A stretch of DNA of 64,000 nucleotides from Klebsormidium nitens (taxonomy: Eukaryota > Plantae > Klebsormidiophyceae), in NCBI GenBank assembly GCA_000708835.1, contig DF237409.1:1-64000 (forward strand), given 5' to 3'. A program made the position numbers and the translations under genes. This document shows positions 41,541-54,802 of this stretch, piece after piece. Within the stretch, counting starts at the first letter, position 1, and every line of letters starts with the position of its first letter. The notes beneath the pieces were generated by a model that was given only the letters and a program-made list of their open reading frames with translations, did no database searches and was not told where the DNA came from.

Positions 41541-44500
41541 ATGATCTGGTTAGCGGTGCTGGTTGCACTGCTAGCGGCCGCAGGCAATAACATTGGAAAA
41601 GTCTTGCAGAAGAAGGGGACACGAGGGCTGCCCTTGTTAAAGCTGGATGTGAAAGTGAGACGCCACTCATTATCCGTGGTTGGAGTGCCCCATCTGCTCT
41701 CTTGTCCTCTGCTTGCCGAAGGTTCAAGATCCTGAAGTGCAGTCGATGCTCTCCTTGTACACCCTGCGACGTTGAATAGCATTTACATGCATCATTTTTC
41801 CAAAGGCAGGACAGCGGAGGCCTGAACTTCGGCAGTATGATTCAGGTCGTATGATCTGCTGAAATCAGCTCTGATTATTTGGCACCAACGTTTTTTTGTC
41901 CAGGTTTTGTATGCTTATCTGTCAAGCCCCACATGGACGTTTGGACTTCTTATTGACGTCTCGGGGGCGCTTCTGATGATCAAAGCAGTCTCGGAAGCAC
42001 CGGTGAGCTTTGCCCCTTTCATGATGCCTTTCAAAATCTACTTCAAAGTCACACGACAAAGTAGTGGCATTGAAATAAGCACACTTGGTAGGTTGAGAAG
42101 GCATCTCTTTTGGAAAAAATGATGTCTTATAACCAACGACCACCACCAACTAGAAGTCTTGGTCAACCTTAGTCCTTAATTGTAGGACTACTTGGGAGCT
42201 TTAGTTTCATCCTTTGTGAATGATGAGAATGATGTGACTAATGAACCCACTGGTAGATGGTCAAAATAACTGGTCTTGTCAGGCTGGCCGTCTTGAACCA
42301 CTTTTCCATTGCAGGTGTCCATTGTCCAGCCTGTGTCCGGCTGTGGCCTAGCTATCCTCGCTGTGTTTTCCCACTTCTATTTGGAGGAGGTCATGCAGAA
42401 GAAAGATTGGATAGCAGTCACCTTCGCTGCGCTGGGGACCATCGGTGAGGGTCCAAGCTTCCTTCTTCAATGAACTCTTTCCGACACAATATGTCTCGCA
42501 AACATTGTATCGATAGCTTCCTCTGTGATAGTTTGCAATCTTGAGGAAAACAACACTTCAATCTTCTTGATGAAAATGTGGTCATCACTGTGCCAGCAGT
42601 GATGGGGCATTGGTTAGTAGCTTTAGGAAAGAACCTCATCTTTTCTCTGCATTTAACCATCGTGAATCCAAGGTCGGTATCTCTATTACTGCAGGCATTG
42701 GGGTGTCCGCCGAAGATGGAGCCAAGGATGAGGTCTCCTTATGGCATCTAGCCCTCTTCGGTGCGCTTGTGGGGTCCTTCCTTGTAAGTTCCCACCCCCA
42801 ACACGAGTAGCCATTTCGCAATGACGCTGACAATGCCTCCTCAATTTCAGCAGATCGTGGGGCTGTAGGTGACTGTATCTGTACCCTACCCATTTCCAAT
42901 CAACAAGGGTCCTTGCTTCTGACTGAGAAGGTAGAGGGCCTCACAATTGCAGGGCTTGGTTGATATGGTGGCTCAGAGCAGTCGAAGCAGCGTCCGACGG
43001 CCTGGAGGAGGCAGCTCGCCTATGTCACCTGGGGTAAGGCAGATTTATCCAGTTGTTTGTTTGTCGTGCAGCTGCTCTTGCCTTTCGCAGAATTAGGACT
43101 GGTTGCTTCGAACAACCTTGACCAAATGCTCCTTGCATTCAAGCCTTGACTCGTCTGGCTGACATACTGGTATAGATGATATTAAGACCAGTAGTCAAGT
43201 CGCAGCCTTTTGCCTGGAATGGATGTGACAAAGTCACATTTCTGATTGGTTTTGGTAGTCGTTTGTTGGTTTTTTTCCGAGGCGTCCTGAACCCCAGGAA
43301 GCAGGGAGCACCACCCCTGAAGCACGAGCTTCATTCTCTAAAAGCTCGTCCTTGCACTTCTAAATTGACAGGTCCAACTGTATCAGCAGAGGCCAGACGT
43401 TGGTAGCGAGGTTGCGGCAGGGGCGCAGGCTGGAGTTTGTTTCGGGTGAGTATTTAGAGCCACTGGCCGTTCTTCCAGATCCGACCAGATGTTGCATCGG
43501 GTACGTCAGGAATAGACCAACGAATCAGCTCTCCTGTTGTAAACAGAAGGCTAAGATCAAAGGAGTGTCTGGGCCAGAGAGTATGCCTTTGCTGCAAGTT
43601 CTGAGTGTAGCAGTGTAATTACTGCTACTTTGAGAAAGCCACAGAAAAGGATGCTGTTTATGTCATCACCATGAAACAGAAGGAAAGGCATATTTGTGAA
43701 GTGAGTTAAGTTTGTCGCTGTCAACAAGGAGAAGGGCATACACTCTGAATCGGATCACGAGGTGCAATCAGTGCCTTACTACTCTTTTTCGCGTTGTGCA
43801 GTCTTTCGGCGGCCGTCTGTCGTACGGGCTTCCTCTTAGTCCAGGACGGCTACCCAGCATTCTGCATCGCGGCTGGAATCGCTGCAAGCGTAGCTCTTAG
43901 CAGCAGCGGATTCTACTTCCAGGTGAGGACTGATCTGCGTACGTCCGTTGTTGCAAAGCGACAGTCGAACGACTTAACATAGAGGAGAGATTGTCCTTGA
44001 CTACATGTTTGTGGGTGGCTTTTTCACTGATGCAAGAGAGCACCGGTTCGACTATGGTGGAGCCTACTGCTTGAAAGATTGTGTCTGATCCGGAGTTGTG
44101 ATTTCACATGAATGGCAGCCAAGCAGACGAGCCGACTAAAGCCGTTTCGGGGTCGAACCGGTTTTCCTACGCTCCATTCAACATTATCAAAAGAGGTCTG
44201 GTCTTCTTGATTGATCGTTCGGCACGCTTTGCTTGATTGAGCTCAACGTACTCGCGGTGGAATTGTGCAGACGAGGGGGCTCAAGGAGGGCAGAGCGGTG
44301 GTCGTATCGACTTGCGCTGCTGTCGCGGCCATTGTGACAGGGGTCTTGGTAGGCATGTTTGCGTTGGGGGAGCGGCTGCCGTCGGGGCTCGGAGCGATGA
44401 CGTTGCGATTACTTAGCTGGTGAGTAGTTTCTGAATCATTCTTCTCGACACGTGTGTTATTCATTTCAACATCCGTGTTGGCTTTTCCCAGCACGCGCCG

Positions 44501-45102
44501 CTGCTTTTCGTTTGAGGACGTAAAAGCTGCAAGCATCTAGTACAAGGACTTGTATGCCCTTGCCCCGTCTCTTGTTTAATCAGAAGCTTCTAAAACCCTG
44601 CAGAAGGTTACTTGTTGATTCGGGAAACTTATTGGCAGTCAAGACTCCAGTCTATTTGAAGATTCCGTGTAAAGAAGATAGAGATGACAGAAAGTTCATA
44701 CTTGCTGAAGGCTCCTCTGGCGATCAATTCCGGAAGGGAGCCTCTGAGGATGGCACTAGTGCTGCAGACCTGGCCGTGATTGGCTTTCCTCTCATCAAGG
44801 TGTCGCAGTGAATCTCCTTGTGTACAACGCGGAGCCTTCGTATTTGCAGGGGCGCCATCATAGTAGCTATTATTCTACTTCTCCAATCGAACGTCCCGAC
44901 TTGGCACGACTTCCGAAGTACGTTCAGACGACTGGGCAGAACTGCGTCGTTGAAGAGAGAAAAACACCCGAGGTCAAGTAGGGGGGGCGGCCAAGGACCT
45001 GTCGGCTCAGGCTCCCCCCAAACGGGTCAGGTTACTGTGGCTATCAGCGATACACCACCAAAGACGACACCAGAAACTTCAAACAGGCTACACGCTACAT
45101 AG
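41541..45102 (+). CDS. NIPA9: NIPA-family (DMT superfamily) probable magnesium transporter, NIPA9-like
   Basis: Exons 41541-41654 ([16 protein letters not shown]), 41904-42002, 42315-42444 ([23 protein letters not shown]), 42695-42783, 42953-43033, ~43372-43445, ~43802-43921 (SSSGFYFQ), ~44271-44419 ([26 protein letters not shown]), ~44850-45102 (stop). Confidence 0.9.
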
Positions 45103-46808
45103 TAATCTTAAACAATCTCCCTCTAATCTGCGCGCTTTGCACTAGGGCTGTTTCTGGAGTCTGTTTACCATGTACAGATCAGTACACCTTGATTAACCTA
45201 GGTCACTGGAAAGCGTTGATTTATGTTTCCGTTTACTCACAACCGTCGTTCGTTAGAAGATCTAGGGAACCTTAAACGGCCATGATATGAGGTAAATCAC
45301 ATGCAGTTCATCTTTTACCCTAAGTACCTTCAGTGGGCGCTGCTTCACACTCCCAATGACCAAAAAGTAGTACCCCCGACTTGGCGCAACCTTCTTTGGT
45401 ACACGTGTTGGGACTCTGCGGTTCATGAGTTGGAAGACTTACCTCGAATTTCAAGCCACATGTGAAAAATGAATGCGCATAAGTTGCAAATACATACATC
45501 GATATCTCAAGACCAGCTTGTTACTTTCAATTGTTTATGCATTGCAATTGGCTTCAGCAATTCAGGCGGCCGCGCCGTTGCCACACTGATACAAGATCAC
45601 GACGTGCATTTTGCATTGCACGTGGGTCTGAGATTGTGTTTCGTATACCTACCAATGCTCTTGGTTGCAGCGAGAACGTGATTTTTGCATGCTGTGAGCT
45701 CGCATGTAAACTAGGCTATCTAGGTCAGCGCTGCATTCAAGATTCCCTGATGCTTCCGGTTCCGCTTACTTAAATGCCGCTGATCCGTTGTACTTTCCGC
45801 TGTTTGGTCGCTTGGGATATGTCGGAATGCCTCGAGGCAAGATCGACGGCCTAGATAGCATTCCTGCGAGGCTCAAGCGCGATCCCATGAACGTCGGCGC
45901 CGTATGTCACACTTCCAATCGGAAGCGTTCGATCTTTTGACGGACGACGGCGAGTTGAAGTCGGAGGTTACGAGTGAGCGCGGGTACTTCTTCGATTCGA
46001 CACAACTACCACTTCTGAAGCATGCTTTTGCTCGAGTTCACCGTCGAAGGCCTCAATATTCTTGAGCGGTTGACAGCGGCCTGCGGTTGTCGGCTCAGCG
46101 TTCAGCCGGCATTGCATCCGCGGCAGTCATACCCCTCGATCTGCGGTTCTAGATACGCAGGCAGCTCCTTGCAACTTGTCGGCAGCTGCATTTTGCGCAA
46201 AGACCAAAAATGCAGAGTGAATGCGGCCCTGCTTCTGTCACGGCAATGAGTGCTTGAGCGCCATAAGGGCGGGGGCAGCCCGCGGTCTTTTGAACTGCCC
46301 GCTGATCAGCAGCCGACCAGAAGCGAAAGCTGACAAAAGCATAGGTTACAAACTGCAGTCATGAAGTTGACAGTGAGAAGTTGCCACCCGACTCCAACAA
46401 GCTCAAGGTACCTGAAGAATTCACAAGTCAGGGAGAGCTACTGCGGGCTGCTTTGAGCTTGAGCTACTTAAGTCGGCAGCAGCTCGCATTTCCACAATTG
46501 TCAATCTGAAGTTCGAGTAGAGCAGACCTTAGAAGGTCACCAGTAAGCGTGCGAGCTTTTCAGAAGTTTCCCTGATCTTTAGGATCAAAACTTGGTTCTG
46601 CCAAGCAGCATTCTTGCAGCCGATCAGATCTCAGCTGGAACACAGGAAGGTACCTCGCCTTCCTTTGCCCCTTACCGATCCCGCTTCCCCGCCAAGAAGA
46701 CGGAGCATTCTTTCAGCTCTGTGCTACATCTTCTTCGGATCAGCTCGATCTGCATACAAGCTTACTGGGGCGCAGAAATATAAGAGTGGATCCTTGCTGT
46801 CTGTCAAG

Positions 46809-49800
46809 ATGAGGGCCAGCACTGCTTCCAAGGCGTTGCTCCTGCTGGCGCTCTTTGCGCTAGCCAGCGTGCATGGTGAGGTTCTTGTACCTGCTTCACT
46901 TTTGTTTCTTCTGTTTTTTGTCTTTCCTGCTAAGCTTTGAGCTTTCTCTGCAAAGCCCTGACCTTTTTGCTGGCTTTATCCTCTGTCTGCTCAGCCTCAT
47001 CACATTGGCGAACTTTACTTCTGCAAGTGAGGATAACATCAGCTGCTCCATGATGGCAGTATTCCTGAGGTATTTTCCAATCAGTTTCGGTCCTCAGAGC
47101 TCTTGCTGTGAGAAAGAAGTCACAACCTTGGGAGAGGAGCTTGGTTGCTGACATACAAACGTCGATCATTGTGCTGACCAAATTGAAGGCCTCTCTATGG
47201 TCAAATTCAGCTTCTTTCATTGTCATCCTTCTCTCAATCGTGGGATTCCTTTGATCTAGTTTGCCTAGAAGAAGATAAATGCGCTGCAGAAGGTCTTACA
47301 TCGATTGCAGAGTGTGTTTGCTTCGATTGATACAATCAGGTCTTGGGAGTACTGGCATGGGGCACTCATCACACATTTTTAAGCAATAGCTTCACACTTA
47401 GCAGACATCTGGAAAGTTTTGGTTGAGCAGGGTGAAAGTCAGGAAGGCTCAATTGCTCTCAACCAGATGAAAGCACTTCTACATAAGCTTTGGGGGAACC
47501 GTCTTCGCAGTATATCACAAGAAAGCCAAAGGGGGCCATTCTGAGGACATACATCAAGGTTCGCTGCTGCCAGAAGCTCCTACAGGAGCGTAAGCAAGTG
47601 GGGCAATGCATGACAGCTGCTAACGAGCCAGTCAAGCTGGGGCTGACGTTTCACTACTATGACTTTTTGCAGCCCAAATACAACGGGATGATGGCACCAA
47701 CCGACAAGGTGAGCACTCAGCCAGCTGCTGATCTGATCATAGATGATGATGTTTCCCATTGGCTGGTGTTTCTCTAAACTCTGTTGAACACCCCTATGAG
47801 ATCGCCACAGCAGATGAATATTCAGGTTCTGGAGTTATCTAGACTTTTAGGGCATGTTCTGAACAGTATCTGGCATCTCCTGTCTCTCAACCTGCACTTA
47901 GCCTATCCTGATTGATGCCCAGTTCTAATTGAGTTTATGTAATTTGACATAATCGGAGCACTTTTTTCTGGAATTATTCTTTACGTGTCTCATCAGACTC
48001 TTCAAGGCCTCTGCTCATTCCGATCTAGGACAGTGCTTACTGTGCTTAATCCCTCACTGTTCAACTCCCATCTATGGCCGCCCCCCTCAGCAAATCCAGC
48101 TCTATCAACCTCGTCTACTGTGCTCTGCTCACACCCTCGCTAACCCCACTCTTAATCCACTCCCCTAACCCTAGCTAACCTGGCTCCTAATCCCTGCAGA
48201 ACTGGAAGAAGAGAGCTCCGGCCAGTCCCGCAAGTTCCTGATGTCCAAGGCCCGCACCGCCGCGCTCGCTGCCGAGAAGAAGTGGAACGAAACTCACCAC
48301 CCAAAGACCGGCAAAGCCCCCGCCCCCGCTCCCGGCCCGGTTAAGGGTTCCATCAAGAACCCGACGACTACCAAGGACGGCCTAGCGGAAATCTCGGAGC
48401 TTACCGTGATTAACGTCGGCGCCGGGCTGGTTCCGTTTCCTGTGCCCAAGCCCGTCGGCGCGGGAGTCAACGGCAAGGGGAACAACGGCAAGGGAGCCCC
48501 CGCCCCCGCCCCGGTGGGGCGAGTCAGTGACATCAATATCACGCAGGTTGCGATGTGAGTGGCTTGACCTCAACTGGAGTAGAATCCTCAAGATTGTCTG
48601 CTGACGAATGCTCTTTTCAAAGAATCCTCAAAGTGATTTGTCGAGAGAGCGACGGTGAAGCTTGCAAAACGAGCTGAAAGCTTGAGAACTTTCAGTCAGA
48701 TTGTCTGAGCTGACAGCAAACAAACGAAGCATGTTTCCTTGCACGTCCTTCGACGTCGTCCGATTGCAGAAGACCGCGATTGACGCTTGAACTTCACAGA
48801 ATGTATACTCGAAGTCGCTTCGTCATCCTTTTCCTGGACACGTTTTCTCGTTGCTTCTTTGCGGTGTCTCGAGTGAAAATTCGAATAATTCTAACCATCA
48901 GTAACCAAAGGAACAAATTTTGCATCACTAATATAACTACACTGTGTTTGAGAAAGAAGAATGTCCTGAAGCTCAACGATGTCTGGCAATCTCTTGCAGT
49001 GTGGTCCAGAACGCGGGCGTGAAGGGCAGTCTGGCTGAGATCGAGGAGGCCATCAAAAACGGAACAGCGTCAGGAAACACGCTCGGGGCAGTCCTCCAGT
49101 CGCTCGTCCTGGGCGTCAACGCAACAGTCCCCAGCGGTGACGCTTTGGCAACCGGTGAGTGCTCGAAACTCTTGACATTTGAAAACAGGGGAAGAGCGAA
49201 TTTCTGGTTGTGGCAGCCTATCCTGAAACGACATGTTTCGTTTCTTAGTGTCTATGCGTACCCTAGCAAGAAGGCCGAAGGGGTTGTAGAAAAGGAGGCA
49301 GAAAGCAGAGCAAGCTCGCGGAATGGAACGATCTCAAAGCAGAATTCATTTAATTTTTCAAGAAGTCGATGTTGCAAATTTCTGAAGAAGTAGCTGTGCC
49401 GATGACACACTTTTTAAATGCGCTTCCATCCGTCCGTGACCCGCCTTCCGTTTCTCTTCCAACCGTTGAAACAACGATTAAAAGCAGCTCATATTAAGAA
49501 ACCCGTCTCACCAGCATGCAAGAAGAGCCAAAGCAGACGGGCACACGACTAAAACAATCTCGTTTCTTTCCCCCTTCAGGCTGCGTCTGTCCCTTCGTGT
49601 ACAACCCGGTGTGCTCAGAGGGCATCACCTTCTCCAACGCCTGCTTCGCGGGATGCGCCAACGCGACCAACGTCACAGACGGCGCCTGCGGTACGTTCCT
49701 ACTTCACAGCTTCTTACAGCGAATCCTCTGGGCAACGGGGCCGAGTTTCTGCCAACTGTTTCTCAGCTAGTAATAACGGCAGATTTGTTCCCTCTTTTGT

Positions 49801-52800
49801 GAGTAAACAGTTGAGTGCGCACTTCTCACACGCGCTTCGGTCAGCCTCCTCACGCTTGCATTCGTTTATTCGGCGCTGCTGCGCTTACCTTTCGACAGCC
49901 TTCGACCGTATCCGCAATTTCCCAGCTCCCTGCTTTCTCACTCCCGTTCTCGCATTCTGAACCCTTCCCCCTCCCTTTTACAGAAATAGCCACCCCCAAC
50001 CCTACCGCCCCGGCCCCTTGCGACCCCGTCCCGTCTCCCTCCCCGGTCCCGTCTCCCTCTCCTTCCCCCTCCCCCCTCTGCGAGGGCGGCAGCGAGACCC
50101 CCACTCCCGGGTCTCCCAGCACCCTGGGCGTCCAGGTTCCCAACGCCGCCAGCCCCCAGCCCTCCGCCTCCCCCTCCGCATCTCCCGAGCCCTCCCCTTC
50201 GTCCCCGGCTCTCCCCTCCGCCTCCCCGGTTCCGTCCCCCTCTAGTTCCCCGGCTGCCTCTCCCTCCGCCTCCCCCGAGCCCTCCCCTTCCTCGTCCCCC
50301 TCCCCTCTCCTTCCCCGGTCCCTTCCCCGTCGAGCTCCCCGTCCCCTCCCCTCCGCGGAGCCTTCCCTCCCCCTGCCTTCTGCTTCCCGGTTCCTCCCCT
50401 CCGCCGAGCCATCTTCGTCCCTCTGCCGTCAGCATCCCGCTTCCCTCCCCCTCTGCGGAGCCTTCCTCGTCTCCCGTCCCCTCCCCCTCCGCTCAGCCGT
50501 CGGCTTCTCCGGTCCCCTCCCCCTCTGCGGTGGCGTCTCCTTCCCCCCTCCCCAGCCCGAGCGCCGTTGCCAAGCCCCCCAGGGGCAGCAACCCCGGCGG
50601 CACCCCTCAGGGCAACCCCGTGACTGAGGCTCCCGCGCCAGGTAAGCGCTGCTTAAATTTGCGTGAACAATGGAACTCTTTGTGAGCGTGCAAGTCCGGA
50701 GCAGTCTTTCCGTACATAAACACACGAATCACACAGAAGTTGTGATTCGACTCGCTGCGATGCTTACGTAAGAGAGGGTAGTTCTGCTCGTATGGAGTCC
50801 GCTCTGCAGATTGACCCGATTACAAACAACAACTTCTGTTCTGCCGGGCTAACCGGAACACAGCACCTTCCATCTGCTTGATTTGTCGAAGCAAACTGCT
50901 GACCTGAGATTGTCGAATTCTGCAGCTCCTGGCTACCAGCCCCCGACCCGCGTCCCCAACCCCCCTCCCCCCCGCCCCACCAAGGGCGTCGTCTCCCCCG
51001 TCGACACCCCCGGCGAAGCCCCCGGCAGCGCGCCATCTGGCAGCCCCACCAACGCGCCAAGCGGCAGCCCCACCGACGCGCCAACTGGCAGCCCCACCGA
51101 CGCGCCAACTGGCACCCCCACTGACACGCCAAGCGGCAGCCCCACCGACGTGCCAGCTGGCAGCCCCGGGAACGCGCCAGCTGTTGCCCCGTCGCCCGTC
51201 GGCACCGACCGCCCCCAGCCGTGCCTGGATGCCAACAATACCCACACCCCCGCTGACGGCCCCGCGCCATTCTCCATGCCCGGATACGCCCTTCCCCCCA
51301 CAATGGCGAGCAACGGCCCCGCCCCCGCCCCGGGGGGTCCCAGCGCGGCTCCTTCCGGCTCCCCCACAGGCGCCCCCGCCCCCTTGAACAGCGTACCGTC
51401 GACTCCCGGGGGGGAGCCCACGAACGCCCCGACTTCGACTCCCACTGCCACCGACACCCCCTCAGGGACGAACACCCCCTCGGGAACGAACAGCCCCTCA
51501 GGAACAAACACCCCCACGGGCACTGACACCCCCTCAGGGACGAACACCCCCTCAGAAACCAAGACCCCCTCTAGCACTTCAACCCCCTCCAGCACCGACA
51601 CCCCCACAGGAACGAACACCCCCTCAGGAACCAACACCCCCTCTAGCACTTCAACCCCTTCCAGCACCAACACCCCCTCAGGGACGAACACCCCCTCGGG
51701 AACCAACACCCCCGCGGGCACTAACACCCCCTCAGGGACGAACACCCCCTCAGGAACAAACACCCCCTCTAGCACTTCAACCCCTTCCAGCACTGACACC
51801 CCTTCAAGCACTAACACCCCCTCCGGAACGAAGACCCCCTCAGGCACCGACACCCCCGCAGGAACCAACACCCCTTCCAGCACTTCGACCCCCTCCGGCA
51901 CCAACACCCCCTCAGGAACGAACACTCCCTCTAGCACTTCGACCCCCTCGGGAACGAACACCCCCTCAGGAACCAGCGCCCCATCTGGCACTTCGACCCC
52001 CTCTGGCACCGACACCCCCTCTGGAACAAACACCCCCTCGGGAACGAACACCCCCTCTGGCACTGACACCCCCTCAGGAACGGATACCCCCTCGGCAACG
52101 GGTACCCCCTCCGGCACCGACACCCCCTCTAGCACTTCGACTCCCTCAGGCACGAACACTCCCTCGGGCACGAACACCCCCTCAGGAACCAACACCCCCT
52201 CAGGCACTGACACCCCCTCAGGCACCAACACTCCCTCAGGAACCAACACCCCCTCAGGCACTGACACCCCCTCAGGCACCAACACCCCCTCAGGCACCAA
52301 CACCCCTTCAGGCACGAACACCCCNNNNNNNNNNNNNNNNNNNNACGGCACTCGACACCCCTCACGGCACCAACACCCCCTCAGGCACCAACACCCCTTC
52401 AGGCACGAACACCCCCTCCGGCACCACCGCTCCCCCCGCCAAGACCACGGCCCCCACCCCCCAGGCCACCAAGAACGGCCCCATCGGGAGCCCCCCCGAC
52501 TTCGGCTCCCCCGCCGGCGAGCCCACCAACTCGACCCTCGCGCCGGTCCCCACCAAAACCCCGACCGGCACCCACACCCCGACCGCGACCCCCAAGGCGA
52601 CTACGGTACCGAGCGCGACCACCAAGCCTGGTTCCAACACCCCGGGGTCTGTCACACCCGCTCCTGGTGCCACTACCCCCCCGGTAGCGACCCCCGGTTC
52701 GACCACCCCCGGCGCAACCCCGGTCACAACCCCGACCGTTACGATGGCCACCAGGCCCCCGGTTCAGACCCCCGGGCCGACTACTCCCGGCGCCACCGCC

Positions 52801-54802
52801 GCCCCTGGTGCCACCCCCGTCCCGACCACTCCCGGCAGTACACCGGTCTCGACTCCCACCGTCACAATGGCGACGCAGCCCCCGGTTGGGACCCCCGGAC
52901 CGGGCACTCCGACCGGAACGAACACCCCCACCGGAACGAACACCCCCACTACCCCCGGTGCTTCTCAGCCGGCGCCCACCCCCAAGGCGACGCTCCACGG
53001 AACGCCCAGCGGAACCGGGTCGACCCCGGGGACCCACGTGCCACCGAGCGACGGACGCCCCGAGCCCTGCACAACCGGGAACGGCACGAGCTCCTCAGCC
53101 AAGGGCGATCGTGAGTTGACCCAGACATTTTTACTTGTTTGATTTTAAGACAAATTGGTGGGGCCAATGAGACCTTAGAGACCTTTGCTGTCCGCATATG
53201 AACGAGCGTGCAGAGTTAAGGTTAAGGTCTGCAGTAAAACTTCTGCGCTTCTTCTTCGAAATTCTTTTTCAAAGTACTTCGGATGCCAAAAAGACGCTTC
53301 CGTAATACACGATAAAGCAAGCTATCACCGAAGTTCAACCAAGAACTTTTCAGATTCAGCAGTCTCGCCAGTTGTGGGACAAAGCCGAACCTTTTGACTG
53401 AGAGCTTCTCTTCGAACCGTGCAGCTCACTTCGTCGGCAAGCACGGCGAGAAATTCGACTTCAACGGCGAGCCCGGCCAGTCGTACTGCCTGATCGCCGA
53501 CAAGAAGATCCACATCAACATGCACGTCTTCGGCGGCAGGAGAGAGGGCACCACGGTTAGTGCTTACCCGCTTTCCTTACCGGCCACTCGTATTGGCCAA
53601 TGTTCGCTTCTTAGCATTCCTTCGTCTCTTCGTCTCAGACTACTCCTAGAAATTGCAAGAAAATTGCCACTGCTTTCCACTGGATGGCACGTCTCTGGAA
53701 CTTAAAATACATCTCTGGAACAGACACAGATCCGTTCTCAAAATCTGTCAAAAGTCCTGACAGTACTCACCTGAACCCCGGCTAACCCTTCCTTAATCCT
53801 CCCCGCAGTACATCGACGAAGTCGGCATCCTGTACAAGGACATTGAGATCTACGTCGCCGCCAAGTCCGCTGAGGGCACCAAGTGGCGCGACTTCCAGGG
53901 GGCCGTTTCCGTCAACGGAATCGAGCTCCCCGCTTCCGACGTTGACATGACCGTCGAGAATGTCGCCATCTCCCGCAACAGGACGTCGGTGCGCGTGACC
54001 GCCCCCGGCTGGTTCGACATCACGATGGACATCGCGCGCGCGAGCTTCTGGCAGAACGGCCCCGGAGCTAACTTCGTAAGTTGACGCTCCTGTTCTCTTC
54101 AACTGTCTTGGACTTCGTACTCAGCAACGGTCCTGTGTCCGCAACGGTCCTGTGTCCCTTTCCTCATTTTACGAAACAATCTGGCATTGAGGGGAGTGCT
54201 AGAAGGCAGAAAACGTCATATTGGCTCAAGAAATTGATTGGAAAAGGTCAATAAGTTCTGAACCAGGTTCTCCGTTTTACCTGACTAGGAAGGCTTTGTC
54301 AAACGCGTCTGTTCTTATCCTTCAGACGAGCACAAATGTTCTGTCTCTCAATTTCACCTCTTTTCACGACCCCAGCTTCGAGATACCAAGAATTTCCTGT
54401 TCCCGTTTACCTGAACCCTCGAATTATCACTCACCCACACTTCTCCCCCCGCCGCAGATCAACTTCAAGGTCTCCCAGCTGCGCGTGACCCCCACCGTGC
54501 ACGGCGTGCTCGGACAGACCTACCGCGAGAGCGACCGCACGTACAAGAAGATGGCGCGCGCCGAGGTGTCTGCCGTGCGCGGCAACGGCCTCCCCGCTTT
54601 CATGGACGGCTCCGAGGAGGACTACGAGACGAGCGGGATCATGAGCGCGGACTGCAAGTTCGGCAAGTTCCAGATGGTCAGCCAGGTGGAGAAGAAGACC
54701 AACAGTTCGGGGGGGAGGAGACTGCTGGCGGCGGAGGGAGAGGATAAGATGGTCGTCGATGCCGGCTGCGTTGGGTTCGGGAATGAGGTCCGGTGCGAGT
54801 AA
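46809..54802 (+). CDS. Large secreted mucin/HRGP-like glycoprotein: signal peptide, Kazal domain, SP-rich and (TPSGTN)n repeats, GDPH motif, Root_cap (VWD-like) domain
   Basis: Exons 46809-46875 (signal peptide MRASTASKALLLLALFALASVHG), 48200-48554, 49000-49154, 49580-49690 (Kazal CVCPFVYNPVC..FSNACFAGC..GAC), 49984-50641 (SP-rich, frame disrupted), 50926-53110 (PT-rich, N gap), 53425-53555 (PHFVGKHGEKFDFNG..YCLI), 53809-54075, 54458-54802 (VHGVLGQTY..DYETSGIMSADCKF). Phases are consistent except in the low-complexity exons. Confidence 0.8.
51450..52425 (+). repeat. Coding 18-bp tandem repeat (TPSGTN/TPSGTD/TPSSTS hexapeptide), roughly 50 units, interrupted by a 20-N gap at 52325-52344
   Basis: Seen in the sequence and in the 50883..53114 ORF translation. 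Confidence 0.95.

Noticed and set aside
45855-46065. Short plus-strand frame containing HFQSEAF, suggestive of a THAP-like motif
   Set aside because: The Cys ligands are missing, the frame is short and there is no splice context.
50933-52351. 472-aa minus-strand ORF of VPEGV repeats
   Set aside because: Antisense shadow of the TPSGTN coding repeat; the plus strand has the splice sites and domain context.
51450-52425. Regular repeat array as a possible CRISPR
   Set aside because: Contiguous 18-bp coding units with no unique spacers, in a eukaryotic gene, and no cas genes.
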